DNA of 64,000 nucleotides from Squalus acanthias (GCA_030390025.1 CM059426.1:207514001-207578000), one strand, 5' to 3'; shown: positions 50,432 through 63,254, numbered from the stretch's first letter. The notes: generated by a model from the letters alone, not told the origin. Numbers and translations are program-made.

Positions 50432-50984
50432 GAGCCTGTGATATCAATTATTTCCATCAGTGAAGAGATTATAACCTACGCCGGTTTTTTTTTCCCCAAA
50501 AAGGAATATTAAGTAGTCGGGTAGTTAATTAGATTTCACTGATCTAGATGCTTTATCAGCAGCAGTAATTCCAATTAATCTTGTGCCCGGAAGATTGGAG
50601 GTAGCTATTGAGTCTCCTGCGGAAATTCAAACTGACAGCACTCACTTGGTAAGACATCCACCTGCTAATGTTACATGGAGGAAAGGTTAGATTGTTATAC
50701 TGGAGTCAGTGATTCCCACTGTTCCTTCACATCAGGGCGTACTGGTACCTTTTTGCACTGCAGACACTGAGCAGTGAATTTGAATTTTAAAACGCAAAAA
50801 TTTATATAAACACAATCTCAATTTTCATCAATGTTGAGCAACTTTTGAGAGGCTTTGCGGTAAATTTTTGATATCACAATCGGCAGGCGATTCTCTCTGG
50901 CAGATTAATCCTCAGGCAGAGAAGCCAAAAATGTACCTTATTTTGTTATAACTCATTGCGATGCTGCTTGTATTGTGGACTTTG

Positions 50985-51588
50985 TGCCTCATTCATGCTT
51001 TTTTAATCTCCAGACTCGACTATTCCAATGTTCTCCTGGCCGGCCTCCCAACTTCCACCCTCCATGAACCTGGGCTCATCTAAACCTCTGCTGCCCGTGC
51101 CCTAACTCACACCGAGTCCCGTTCACCCATCGCCCCTCCGCTCGCTGACCTACACTGGCTCATGGTCCACCAATGCCTTGATTCTAAAAATCTCATCCTC
51201 GTGCTCAAATCCCCCCAAGGCCTCGGCCCTCCCCAATCTCTGTTGCCTCCTCCGGCCTTACAGCCCTCCGAGATCTCTGCACTCCTCCAATTCTGGCCTC
51301 TTGGGTATCCCCCCACTTCTTTCACCCAGCATTGGCAGCCGTGCCTTCAGACGTCTAGGCTCTAAACTCTGGGAATCCCTCCCCAAACCCCCTTGACGCT
51401 CCACCTCTCTCTCCTCCTTTTAAGACGCTACTTAAAACCAACCTCTTTGACCAAGCATTTGGCCACCTGCCCTAATGTCTCCTTCTTTGGCTCCGCTTCA
51501 ATTTTTGTCTGATTACGCTCCTGTGAAGCGCCTTGGGACGCTTTACTACATTGAGGGTGCTATATAAATGCAGCTTGTTGTTGCTGTT
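50985..51588 (+). mobile_element. L2-clade LINE 3' end
   Basis: TCCAGACTCGACTATTCCAAT (SRLDYSN) through the GTTGTTG tail. Confidence 0.85.
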
Positions 51589-51827
51589 GGTACCAATTTT
51601 ACTAAAGCACAGCTGTGCACCTCATTATGACTGCCAAGGTGTCTAACTATTTTCATGAACGATAACCCCAGCACACACCTTCCACTGCAGAGTATGATGT
51701 TGCAAGATAATTCACCCATGCTTTCTTGCCTTTTTAGTTTAAACGTTTTTATATTCTCCAAACAGAACCTTAGTGTAGCTCACCTGCAATCCTCTTCCAC
51801 TCTGAATTTAAAATAATAATGGGTCAG

Positions 51828-52125
51828 AGGAACATAGGAATTGCTGAGACCACGGTCCATCTAGTTCGTTTTCTACCATCCCGGTAGTCACATAATACAA
51901 CGATAATGGAGTTGTTGACTAATCACAGCAATCAACCTCTATCAGTTAGTCTACAACAGACCCAGACATGACACGAGGAAAACCCCCAGTGGTGGAGAGC
52001 TTTGGGAACCAGAGGTCCAAAGTCACCTGCTCTTCCCAAGCACTCTACACTTACCACATGTCATGTCCCAAATGTACTCGTATACTGTATCCCAAAATAT
52101 TTATTCTCTGAAAGAAAACTATCTA
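51828..52125 (-). mobile_element. 3' UTR of a distinct CR1-type family (second copy at 57603-57990)
   Basis: Shared CAGACATGACACGAGGAAAACCCCCAGTGGTGGAGAGC; GGAACATA tail repeats. Confidence 0.7.
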
Positions 52126-52938
52126 ACGTCGAATCATAAAATGGACAAGCAATCCGCTACCTCCTGCTTCAAGTTGGCATTTTACGGATAATAACAATTT
52201 AAATGAGCGAGATGAAGTGATCAACTCATTCAGCATCTGTGCCCCGACAGTCTTTATCAATAATGGGAGAAGCCGCTTTATATTGGTGCGTGAACAGGAA
52301 TTAAGTAGATAAGATATCTTAATTAAATTAATCAATGCTTGTATCTCATTCAAAAGCCAGATCCCAATGTCTTGGAAGCCTAGTTCCTCAGCAGTCTTAT
52401 TAGTCTAGAGTTTGGAAAAAAAAGATAGGGGTGGACTCTCTGGTATTTCTAGCACAGTGACACTGTTGGAAATGATCAGTGACCTTTTATCTCACCCACT
52501 ATTTTAAGAGGGGTTGAATTCCAGCCCCCTGCCTTCTCCCGACAAACCCATTCTCGTTATTTGGCTTGAAATAAAAAAACATTGAACGAGGTGGACCATC
52601 GGCTGGGCTAAGATGGGTATACATGGGTGTGACCTTTATAACTCATTTGCAGTTGTGTTACCCATGTGTTATGAGTGTATGCAGCTTCCTGGGTGCCTTG
52701 CTCCATATAGCTTAGTGTCTGCTGCTTTCTATTAAATTCCTTTTCATACACAATGTGGGCCCCACAGTATTATTGATTTTGCTCACTGCACAAATTACCT
52801 CAGAACGCTGCTGCCGTTGATGCGCAATAATTGCCCGAGATCATCATCTTGACTTGTCTTTTAATTGTTTGACTGTATCATGAGAGGTTGCCTTGAATCG
52901 CAAAAAAACATTAACACCGAGGCTTGGAACCTGCACAG

Positions 52939-53100
52939 ATCACCAATCTCTACATCTATGACACCGTGGTGCTTCTGGCACATGCCTTTCACAAGAAGCT
53001 GGAGGATCGGAAATGGCACAGTATGGCCAGCTTGACGTGCATCAGGAAGAGCTCAAAGCCTTGGCAAGGCGGACGCTCAATGTTAGAGACCATTAAGAAG
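52939..53100 (+). CDS. GRID2: GluD2-like internal exon, equivalent to GRID2 exon 7
   Basis: ctgcacAG|ATCACC...AAGAAG|GTactg; 162 nt; [54 protein letters not shown]. Confidence 0.94.
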
Positions 53101-53244
53101 GTACTGTCAGCTGCTGCACAAACGAGTCGTGTATTTGTGCTTTTGTGATGTTCTATGCAATAGATTAACAAAACGTCAACAACAAAGAATCCCCCATAAT
53201 GGCACATCTCGTTTATTTTGTGCCCCGTAATATATTTTATCATA

Positions 53245-53591
53245 GGTATGCGGGTTTTTGATAGAGTAAATAAGGGAGCAATTGTTCCACTGGCAGGAGG
53301 GTCAGTAACACAGATTTAAGGTAATTGGCAAAAGAACCAGAGGGGAGATGAGGAGAAATATTTTTATGCAGCAAGTTGTTGTGACCTGGAATGCGCTGCC
53401 TGAAAGGGCGGTGGAAGCAGATTCAATAGTAACTTTGAAAAGGGAATTGGATAAATACTTGAAGGAGAAAAAATTTGCAGGGCTACGGGGGAAAGGGCAG
53501 GGGGGAGTGGGACTAATTGGATCGCTCTTTCAAAGAGCCAGCAAAGGCACGACGGGCCGAATGGCCTCCTTCTGTGCTGTATGATTCTATG
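53245..53591 (+). mobile_element. CR1 3' end of the 39990 subfamily
   Basis: MRRNIFMQQVVVTWNALPERAVEADSI; ATGATTCTATG tail. Confidence 0.85.
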
Positions 53592-53645
53592 AAGTAGAAC
53601 ACAGGTCTGTTTACAGCCTAAGTGAAGGTAAAGTAACATAATATT

Positions 53646-54394
53646 GGCCCTGAATTTCCTGATCAGAGGCTTCCTGCGTGCGGATGCCTCCGATCGGGAA
53701 AAATCTACGCACTGACCTGCTGGCTCCATAGGTCCCGAGGCTTCCGATCCTGGGCCTCTCCGGGTCCGCGCGCACAGAGGCCCAGGTATCCCAGGGGCGC
53801 AGGCGGTTCACAAGCGTCCCTGGGATCACGTGGGCCATGGGGAACCAATCAAAGAAGGGAATCCCCGTGCACACTTTTGACAGGTCTCTACGCGTGGATC
53901 TGTCAAAAGTATGAATGGGGATCACTTAAAAAACAGTTAAGCATTAATAAATTTTTTTTTAAATCACGTTTTTAAAATTAGTTAAAATTACATTAAATTA
54001 AATATTTTAAACAAAAATGTAATTAAAAAAAAAAAAAATTTTTATTATGGGGCTAAAAATAAACTTACCTTTTTTAAAGTATTTTTAAATTATAAATGAG
54101 TGAAAAAATTTTTTTAAACTCTTATGCTGGTAAAAGCAGACCTTACGCAGGCTTTTACCAGGCGTAAGATTTTTAAAGGTTTTCAGCTGGTGGAGGTTGT
54201 GCAGGAAGCGGAACTCTCTGCCCGCGGAGGCCCTTCTCCCGGGCAGGCGGAGGATCTGTCAAGAGGATTCTTGACAGATCGGAACTGCCGGATTTTAGCG
54301 CATGCGCTTCGCAAGCCTGAAACCGGCACTTGCGAGGCCCCTATGGGAACGTACGCACCTCGTACGCACACGTGGGGGTCGGAAAATCCAGCCC
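53646..54394. mobile_element. Harbinger-like element (749 bp) related to 48670-49433
   Basis: TIRs GGCCCTGAATTT / AAATCCAGCCC; 3-bp TSD ATT; shared AT-rich core with AAAATAAACTTACCTT. Confidence 0.82.
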
Positions 54395-54996
54395 ATTACA
54401 TCAGTTTTGTTGCGACATGTCAATATAATTGTGGACAAAAGTCTTCTCCAAATTTTGACTTAAAATAAATGTCAGAACATTTCATTAATGGCAGCCTGCA
54501 CCTGCTGTAAATAGAATATTACTTATATTGCACTGATATAATGAACATCACACACACACGCACAAGTTTTAGAATGTAATTTTTTTTCTAAGTTTTGCCG
54601 TAAAAATATCCCTTGATGTATTTAAGAGTGGTGGAGCTTCATTAATACATCTGAACTTAAAAGCTTTTAAATGGTTCCTATTAGTGTCCTTGCGTCTAAA
54701 AAAAAGCTAAAGCTTTAGAGCCTCCCCGAGGGCCCGCAAACGGGCGCAATTAGCAGAAACTCGCCACGGGGGTTAATCCGATCTGGGGGCGTGGCCAGTT
54801 TTGTGGGCGGGGCTGGCTTCCAGCGTGACATTTTTTAAACTAGCGCAAAAGATCGCGGAAACTCGATTTGCGCTGGACGTAATTTGCGTTTAAAGTTTCG
54901 CAATCTCTCGCGCTGGTTAAGCTGATTTTGGGCGAATTGCACTGAAAAAAACAGTGCAGCCGAGCGGGAACTCTTGCCCTTTATGTTTTCAGTACA

Positions 54997-55382
54997 GGTA
55001 GCATGGTGGTTATGTTACTGGACTAGTAATCCAGTAGACCTGGACTAATGATCCTGAGGTGTGAGTTCAAATCCCACCACGGCAGCTGGGGAATTTAAAT
55101 TCAGTTAATTAACTAAATCTGGAATAAAAAGCTAGTGTCGGTAATGGTGACCATGGAACTACCAGATTGTTGTAAAAACCCATCTGGTTCACTAATGTCC
55201 TTTAGGGAAGGAAATCTGCCGTCCTTACCCGGCCTGGCCTATATGTGAATCCAGACCCACAGCAATGTGGTTGACTCTTAACTGCCCTCTGAAATGGCGG
55301 CTCAGCACCACCTTCTCAAGGGCAATTAGGGATGGGCAATAAATGCCAGCGACGCCCACATCCCATGAACGAATAAAAAAAC
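54997..55382 (+). mobile_element. tRNA-derived SINE with a LINE-derived tail
   Basis: B box GAGTTCAAATCCC; tail GGGCAATTAGGGATGGGCAATAAATG...CATCCCATGAACGAATAAAAAA; partial copy at about 21535-21665. Confidence 0.8.
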
Positions 55383-55474
55383 AAAATTCAGTGATGAAAT
55401 GATGTATCATCGGCTCAGGCAACTCTTGGACACATGACATGTTTGAAAATGTTGTTTTTCCCCCCTCCCCCCAG

Positions 55475-55594
55475 GGTGGAGTAATTGGGATGACAGGGTT
55501 TCTGCAATTTAAAGATCACGGAGGCAATCCCAGCGTGCAATTTGAAATTCTGGGTACGAACTACGGAGAGGACTTGGGGAGAGGGATCCGAAAA
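55475..55594 (+). CDS. GRID2: GluD2-like internal exon, equivalent to GRID2 exon 8
   Basis: ttttcccccctccccccAG|GGTGGA...CGAAAA|GTaagt; 120 nt; GGVIGMTGFLQFKDHGGNPSVQFEILGTNYGEDLGRGIRK. Confidence 0.93.
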
Positions 55595-55747
55595 GTAAGT
55601 GACCTGCTGTTAGTGAACGCTTCACGTTTGAATATTGTTTCATTTTGATCTCGATGTCAAAAAAATCCTAGCGTGTGTCTGCGTGTGTGATTTCTTTTTT
55701 CATTTATATTTTTGTCCTAACTTTGTTGAGGGATATTGGTGCTGGCA

Positions 55748-56215
55748 ATAACAACAACAGCAACTTGCATTTATATAGCGTCTTTACTTTAACGTAGTAA
55801 AATGTCCCAAGGTGCATCACAGGAGCGATTATCAGACAAAATTTGACACTGAGCCACATCAGGAGATATTAAGACAGGCGAGCAAAAGCTTGGTTAAAGA
55901 GGTAGGTTTTTATGAGTGACTTTGAACGAGAAGAGAGAGGTTGATAGGCAGAGGTTTAGGAAGGGAATTCAAGAGCTTAGGGCCCAGGCAGCTGAAGGCA
56001 CGGCCGCCAATGATGGATTGATGGAAATTGGGGATGTGCAAGAGGCCAGAATTGGAGGAGTGCAGAGATCTTGAAGGGTTGTGGAGCTGGAGGAGGTTAC
56101 GGAGATAGGGCGGGGCGAGGCCGTGGAGGGACTTGAACACAAGGATGAGAATTATTAAATCGAGGTGTTGCTGGATCTGGAGCCAATGTAGGTCAGCGAG
56201 CACAGGGGTGATGAA
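55748..56215 (-). mobile_element. L2-clade LINE 3' end
   Basis: Minus-strand LADLHWL...VFKSLHGLAPPYL...GGRAFSCLGPKL. Confidence 0.87.
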
Positions 56216-56579
56216 CTATTTTCCCATATCAGGCCTGCAGCCTCAAGCATTCCCAGGTTTGGTATAGCTCAGTCAGATGCAGAGTAAAATACTTTTTACT
56301 CTGGCACAACCTCTGAAGATTGCAACAGCAGTATAAATTTGTCCACTTCCACTGCACCCTTAGCATTTTCGTTGCTTCCCTGAGCTAGATTGTCAATTTC
56401 GAACCAAATTACCAGCAGTTTGGTACGGGGGTTGGGGGGCATACAAATTGGCAACTGGGTTGAGTCTTCCCAAATGCATTTCCTATATGCTCCGTACAAT
56501 TAATATGTAGACAGGAGCCATTTGGTCCCATCAGCCTCACCTGGCGTCAAAGCTCCAAAGGAAATGATTAAAACAGATT

Positions 56580-56805
56580 GGCCTGTAATTTGCGGTCAGC
56601 GGCGAAGCAAAGGCGCTCACCGCTGTCCCCGAAGAAAGCTGCCCACAGAGATCTTGCGAATTTTAAAGTTTGTAAAAAATTGTTTAAGGATTTCCGCGTT
56701 TAGATGGGCATGCACTAAATCCTGAAGTTGTGGTCAGTTTCAGAGGGGCAATGACTGGCGAACGCTGAGAGTTCGCCAGTCATTACCCACTGCAAATTCC
56801 GGGCC
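56580..56805. mobile_element. Harbinger-like MITE inserted in a DeuSINE fragment
   Basis: TIRs GGCCTGTAATTTGC / GCAAATTCCGGGCC; flanks ATT/AAT split the SINE motif AAACAGATT-ATCTGGTC. Confidence 0.75.
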
Positions 56806-57602
56806 AATATCTGGTCATTATCACAGGGCTGTTTGTGGGAGCTTGCTGTGCGTAAATTAGCTGCCGCGTTTCCGATATTACAACAGTGACCACACTTCTA
56901 AAGTACTTCATTGGCTGTAAAGTGCTCTGAGATCACCTGAAGTCATGAAAGGTGCTATATAAATACAAGTCTTTTTTCAAAAACCGTTTGGAAGCATTCT
57001 CTAAACTATTATATTATGCTGCTTTAAGCAATAGCTTTACTCCACTTTTCAGCAATCTTGAAGTGTTACAAAATGATAGTGCAATCCTACCAGGTACAGC
57101 CTATTCTGCTCTTATTAACCTTATTACCCAGTACCACTGACTTCATTTCGAACCTTCCAGTTTAGTATGTGTTGGCGAAGATTGTGACAACAGAGTTTAA
57201 ATGATGGATTGCTCCCCAGATCTAAATCGAATCTTCAGTATCTCTGACCTGTGAGGAACCAAAGAGATGGCACTCGGCAGTATTGCGTGGTACAGCATGC
57301 AAGTGTCCTAAACCTGTTACATCTCCTATGTTCAAGTTGCAGGGTCAATGGTTGCTCAGAGTTGAAGAAGTCAAGCTATTAGGGCTGAATTTTCCTTCGC
57401 CTTTTTGAGTGCAGGAGGGAGAATTTCCTTGGGGATCTCCAGATCTCCCACCATAATTCAGGGTGGAAATCCCGAGGAAGCCGCCATTTGGAGCCATTTC
57501 TCTGCCAAATTGGGTTCCGCCAATCTTCTGCCAGAGACCCCCGCCCCATGGAAATTCCAGGCACAAATGCCAGATGAGTGAGGACGAATCACATTTGCAT
57601 CC

Positions 57603-57990
57603 AACATAGGAACATAGGAATTACTGGCCAAAAAAAAGCCAAGATCCATCTCGTTCATCTTCTACCATCCTGGTAGTCGCAGGATACAATGATAATGGAG
57701 TTGTTGACTAACCATGGCAATCAATCCTCGATCAATTAGTCTACAGCAGACACAGACATGACACGAGGAAAACCCCCAGTGGTGGAGAGCTTGGAGAAGA
57801 ACAGGTTCAACGTCACCTGTTACTCCCAGGCATGCTACACTTACCACATGTCATATCTTATTTTACTCATAGACTGTATCCCGAAATGTTATTTTCTGAA
57901 AGAAATCTATCTAATTTGCATTTGAATGAATCAATGCTGACTGCTTCCCGTCTGTTCCATAGATTGACCACTTGCTCACTGAAATAACGG
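57603..57990 (-). mobile_element. CR1-type 3' end of the 51828 family
   Basis: 3' UTR plus the minus-strand ORF end VVNLWN...IDSFKCKLDRFL. Confidence 0.72.
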
Positions 57991-58909
57991 ACTCGATATT
58001 AACCTCCATGGCGGGCAGGAAGTGGGTCGGGGTTGGGGTGGGGGGGAGGGGGTTAAAGGGTTAAATACGGCAAACACGATCCCAACCGGCCACACATGCG
58101 CCACCGCCTTTTCCATGACGCCAGATAGCGAGGCGTCAGTATGTCCCTCCACGTGGAAGCGGGGCGCATCAGTAACATATTTAAATCGGTTTCACGTGGT
58201 GCAATTGGGAGCCTGAGATTTCTCTTTCTATGGAAGAGAGCAAAGCTTTTGTTAGGTTGAAGAGCAAAGGGAATTAATGAGTAACACACAACTGAGACAG
58301 GCAAAGGCCCGTGGGCTCCTTGACAACTTCTGTAACTTTAATGCTTTCCTGTAAAGTTTAGCTACACTAAGTGGGAATTGGATAAGTAGGCATCACTGAC
58401 GCGGAAAGAGCAACATTGCGGCCAGAGACAGAGCGGGAAATACGCAAGGTTTGGTATGTGTTAGCCGGACGAGAAACATCCAGAACTGAATGTTTTTAAA
58501 AAACCACAATACATCATCGCGCAATCGCTATTTAATGTTATTTTGACAGAGGCGCCAACACGTTGATTTCAAAGGGGTTAATGGGGGTGAAATCAACGTG
58601 TTGGCCGGTTGGTGGGGCGGGGGGAGGGGTTTGCCATACGGGTTGTAGCGGATTGGCTGCCTGACTGATGTCGGCGAAAAGGAATATCGGGCGGGATGTA
58701 TAACGGGCGTTCGATTCACCGCCAACTCCACCAAAAGTTGAATTTCACACCCTACGTCTCAAATAAAATATGAGAGAAAGGAATTGGATACGAACGAGTT
58801 TTCAGGTAATGACGTCAACTACAGGAATTTTCAGCAGCAATGCATAACTTGGGCTGGTATGGGTAGAGATTGGTCTGCACTGCACTGCCCATTTTGTGGG
58901 CATTTGTGG

Positions 58910-60330
58910 TCTTTCAGATGAGACGTTAAACTGAGGCCCCGTCTGTCCTCTTAGCTGGACGTAAAAGATCCCACGGCACTATTTCGAAGAAGAGCAGGGG
59001 AGTTCTCCCCGGTATCCTGGCCAATATTTATCCTTCAGCCAACATCGCTATCTGGTCATTAACTCATTACTTACTGTGGGACCTTGATGTGAGCAAATTA
59101 TCTGCCATGTTTCCTACATTACAACAGTGACTACACGTCAACACAATCTCAATTTAGCAGTCTGTGCCCAATCTGTGCAGGTGTCTGTCCCACTGGTAAA
59201 TTTGTGGGGGGGGAGGGGGGGCAGTTTTAGGCATCCTGAGCGAATGCCTAGAACAGGCATTATACCCCTTAAATGTGTAAATTAGGGGCTAACAAGACAT
59301 TGTTGCCGATTCTCAGCTAAAAAAAAAATTGTTCCTCCATCAACCTGTCCCTGTGGAGCCATGAGTTGCAATCGTGCGCCCACACGCCATGCACTCTGAG
59401 GATAGTATTCTCAGGCATTTGGCAGCCTAGCCAGTCATCCTTCAAGGGGCCGCTGGAGGCTGCCCCTGGAAAGGTAAGTTGTTATTAATTTGCATACCTT
59501 ATTGTGGCACCAGGAGGAGCAGGAGTGCTCCTCTCGACTTCACATCTGATTTGCGAGTTGCTGCCAGGCACCACTTACCCTCACCCACCCACCCCACTCC
59601 CGACTTTTAAAGTGCCTTTCACAACCTCAGGACATCCCAGTGCGCTTTACATCCAATTAAATACTTTTTCTGGTTGAAGTGTAGTCACTGTTGTAATGTA
59701 GGAAACGCGGCAGCCAATTTGCGCACAGCAAGCTCCCACAAACAGCAATGAGATAATGACCAGATAATAGTGATGTTGGCTGAGGGATAAATATTGGCCA
59801 GGACACTGGGGAGAACTCCCCCTGCTCTTCTTCGAATAGTGTCGTGGGATTTTTATGTTCATCTGAGAGAGCAGACGGGGCCTCGCTTTAAGGCAATATT
59901 GTTGGCAACAAATAGAAAGAAAGAAAGACTTGCATTTCTATATCACCTTTCATGACCACCAGATGTCCCAAAGCGCTCTACAGCCAATGAAGTACTTTTT
60001 TGAAGTGTAGTCACTGTTGTAATGTAGGAAACACGGCAGCCAATTTACGCACAGCAAGCTCCCACAAACAGCAATGTGATAATGACCAAATAATCTGTTT
60101 TAGTGATGTCAGTTGAGGGATAAATATTGACCAGGACACCGGGGGGATAACTCCCCTGCTCTTCTTCGAAATAATGCCGTGGGATCTTTTACGTCCACCT
60201 GAGAGGGCAGACGGCACCTCGGTTTAACGTCTCATCTGAAAGACAGCAACTCTGACAGTGCAGCGTTTCCTTAGCAATGGCACTGGGAGTGTCAGCCTAG
60301 ATTTTTGTGCTCAAGTCTCTGGAGTGGGAA
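58910..60330. mobile_element. Cluster of three Deu-domain SINE copies: 58910-59137 (+), 59610-59890 (-), 59915-60330 (-)
   Basis: The Deu core is present in each copy. Confidence 0.82.
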
Positions 60331-61215
60331 CCTTGGGAGACAAGCAGCAAGACCACGGCTTGAGATTTTAACTCCCGGTTTCTGCTGGGCAGAAGACGTT
60401 AAAAATTCCCCCCTCTATAGTTACAGAAAGAGATGCTTCCTTTTGAGTTTTTTTCATCTGTGAATACTGCCACAGGAGATTAACTATTTATACAACAAAA
60501 TCGTTGCTTCTAGTCCATCACACAGTAAACTTGTTGGTGTGTCTGCATGGTGCATTAAATCTATTTGCAGCCAAAACAAAATCAAGTGGCACACAATTCT
60601 TTGGCCCAAATAACGTTGAGCGCACTGCACCGCTGAAATATTTATCAGCAAAGAATCTCTTATAAACCCATGGAAAAGGAACCACTTGCTGAAGAATAAG
60701 TTCAACCATTTATATTCCCAAAGCAGTCGCAGCTGCCATTTTTATTTCTAAACCCGCTACAAACACAGCCCGCTGAATAACATTTACAAGTTAACAAAGC
60801 CATAAAATGCTTCGTATTTTTTTTTATACCTGCCTGTAAAGTTAGCAATTGCATGTTCGGAATACCTCAGTGTACATGTTACTCTGACGGGCGACTACTA
60901 CCAGAATGCTCCAGTGTCAGTGTACAGTCCCCACCGCTTATAGTGAGTGCATTCAACGCCCGAAGCAAGTTTATTTCTTTTCTCTCTCTCTCCTGTAACG
61001 AGCTGCCCGCAGCGCCCCAATTTACAGCTTCTTCAATGGAAGCAGATCAGATGCCGGTGAAAAGCTTTCCTCTCTGCGACGGTGACTGGATATGTCCGGA
61101 TATATTAAAAAAAAGGATGGAACCGTCAACTTTGCAAGAAGAACGAATGACTCGCTCTCGCCCATTTTAGACTATCGCATAAAAAGTTACGATCTACCCA
61201 CCCACACCCCGCAAT

Positions 61216-62373
61216 GAGCTGGAATTTGCCGGAGCGGGGCATCTTGCGGCGTACACCATTAGTTAGACATTTTCCTGCGCCCTTCAGCTTGAAATATGTT
61301 TGGGCCCTAACTTGCTGGAACTGCGAGCCGATAACTTTCTGCGACGAGTTTAATGGGCAATTAATGTGCAGATCCAGCAAGGGGGGAAATTCGGTTGGTT
61401 AGCGCCTCTGGGGGGCGTTAACGGGGCGCTAGGAACTTAGCGCCCGAGCATGGCGAGTTTAGCGCCGCTCGCGAATTTGATCAGTCGTGCGGCAGCGCTA
61501 AACACCACCGCCATGATCTCCTGCGCCCGCAGATCGTGACGTCAGTCGAGCGTGCAACGCCCCGGTAGCGCCCCGGACCAGATGTTGAGTCGCGCCCCCT
61601 GCCGTAGCGCCTGCCGCTAGGAACGACAGGTGAAGGGGAATATTTTCAAGTCGGGAAGGGGCTGGGGGAGCGCTATTTAAAGGCGGGCGCTTCCTGCCTT
61701 TTCTTGTCGGCAAAATTTTTGGTATACGCAGGTTGAGAGGGAGAGAGACTCTGGAGAGATTTAACGCTGTCCTAAGGAGTTTTGGCCCTCAGCACCACTT
61801 TGGAGGTTCCTAAGCGCCAAGCTCTTTCCCTGGGCCTATCCATTAGTGCTTCCTACACAATTGCTTTAGAGGTCTCTCCAGGCCCGAGATTCAAGGCTGC
61901 AATGAGCAGGGTGTGGCTGGCCAGCAAGATGGCCCCTCCCCTTTAAGAACTGGACGGCGCCAGTCTGTCTGGCTTCCATGGTAACTGACATCGCCTGAGC
62001 TTCGGTAGCGTTCTGAGGTAGCGCCTCGCTCCCCCATGTTTGCGCCTTAAGAGAGGTGTGTAGCGCCTGATTTAGCGCTCAAATCACCTCCAGGGGCGAT
62101 AGAGGTGAATTTTGCAGTCGGAGGTGATAATTAGCGCCGGGTGCTAAACTTTGCGCCTGGCCGATATTAGTGCCCCAAAATGGGCGATACCCAATTTTTC
62201 CAAGGAGGCTAAGGGCAAGATGCTGTTTGTGTGAGGCAAATGGCAAAGCAACGTAAATCAACGAGCAAGTTCTGGAGCTTCACAGCTCATGGCGTATCCC
62301 TGAATTCGCTGGCCGATTTGCACATTTAATAGTGTCATTCACAAGCCATTATTTTCCCAGCAAGTTCCGGCCC
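61216..62373. mobile_element. Harbinger-like element with a nested GC-rich element at about 61381-62200
   Basis: Outer TIRs GAGCTGGAATTTGC / GCAAGTTCCGGCCC with flanks AAT/AGT; inner element flanked by CAA/CAA and AGCGCC-rich like 49525. Confidence 0.6.
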
Positions 62374-63254
62374 AGTGTATCCTCCTCCAAACCTTTAAGG
62401 TGCATCGATTTCTGTATCTAGGCTTGTATTTCTACATGGGAGGACGTGCGTTGTTGCTTTAAACCGCATTTGAAATTGTAAGTGTAGTATTTTTTTTAAA
62501 GACCGCAATCAGTCATGAATGTATTTTAAGCGCTGCGCCCTCTCAATACGAAAGGGAGATGAATATAGTCATTTGTGGAGAGCATTAACGCTCATTACTC
62601 GCCCCAAGGTATTAAGGCCATAATGGCTAAACACAATGATGTTACTATTACTGTATTAGCGATCTCTTCAGGGATGATAACAGTGAGCTGCAGCAACATA
62701 TCATTGCAAGGAGCCCAGGCACTGCATGAGCTAAAGAGCAAGACAAAAAAACTGGGAATCATTAAAGCAGAAACTGAAAACGTTGAACACCAAGAGCAAG
62801 GCTTGACAGTTAAGGCCGCACAATCCCTGGATCCCGTGTGGCTTCTGTTAACGATGGGCTCCAGAGTTCATTACATTTTTTATGTCGACAAAAATGTTGG
62901 GTTGGAGCCAGCCCATGTATATTTAATGCTTGCAGTGGGGTTCCTCCACTCCGATAACACCCTCGCCAGTAAAGTGTGTTTGTACATAAATAAATTAACG
63001 CTCTACTTTATGTTAGGCAATCTTCTTCGAATTGCAGGATGGAGTCGTGAACTCAACGAAGAACGCACTACCTTTTTCCTGCAGAGACTCTCCGATTGAC
63101 ATGGCTTTAATGCGCAATTGGTAGTGCTCTCCTCTCTGAGTGAGAAGGTCGTGAGCAGGTCGTGAGAAGGTTCAATTCGCCCTCAGGAACTGGGGAGGGA
63201 GAGAGCGGGGGTAATTATCACTTTGGGCGCGGGAGGAAAACCTGCGGCTTGTTT

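Noticed and set aside
62575-63099. 174-aa ORF as the next receptor exon or a nested gene
   Set aside because: It has no resemblance to the expected next GluD exon, no recognisable motif and a non-ATG start.
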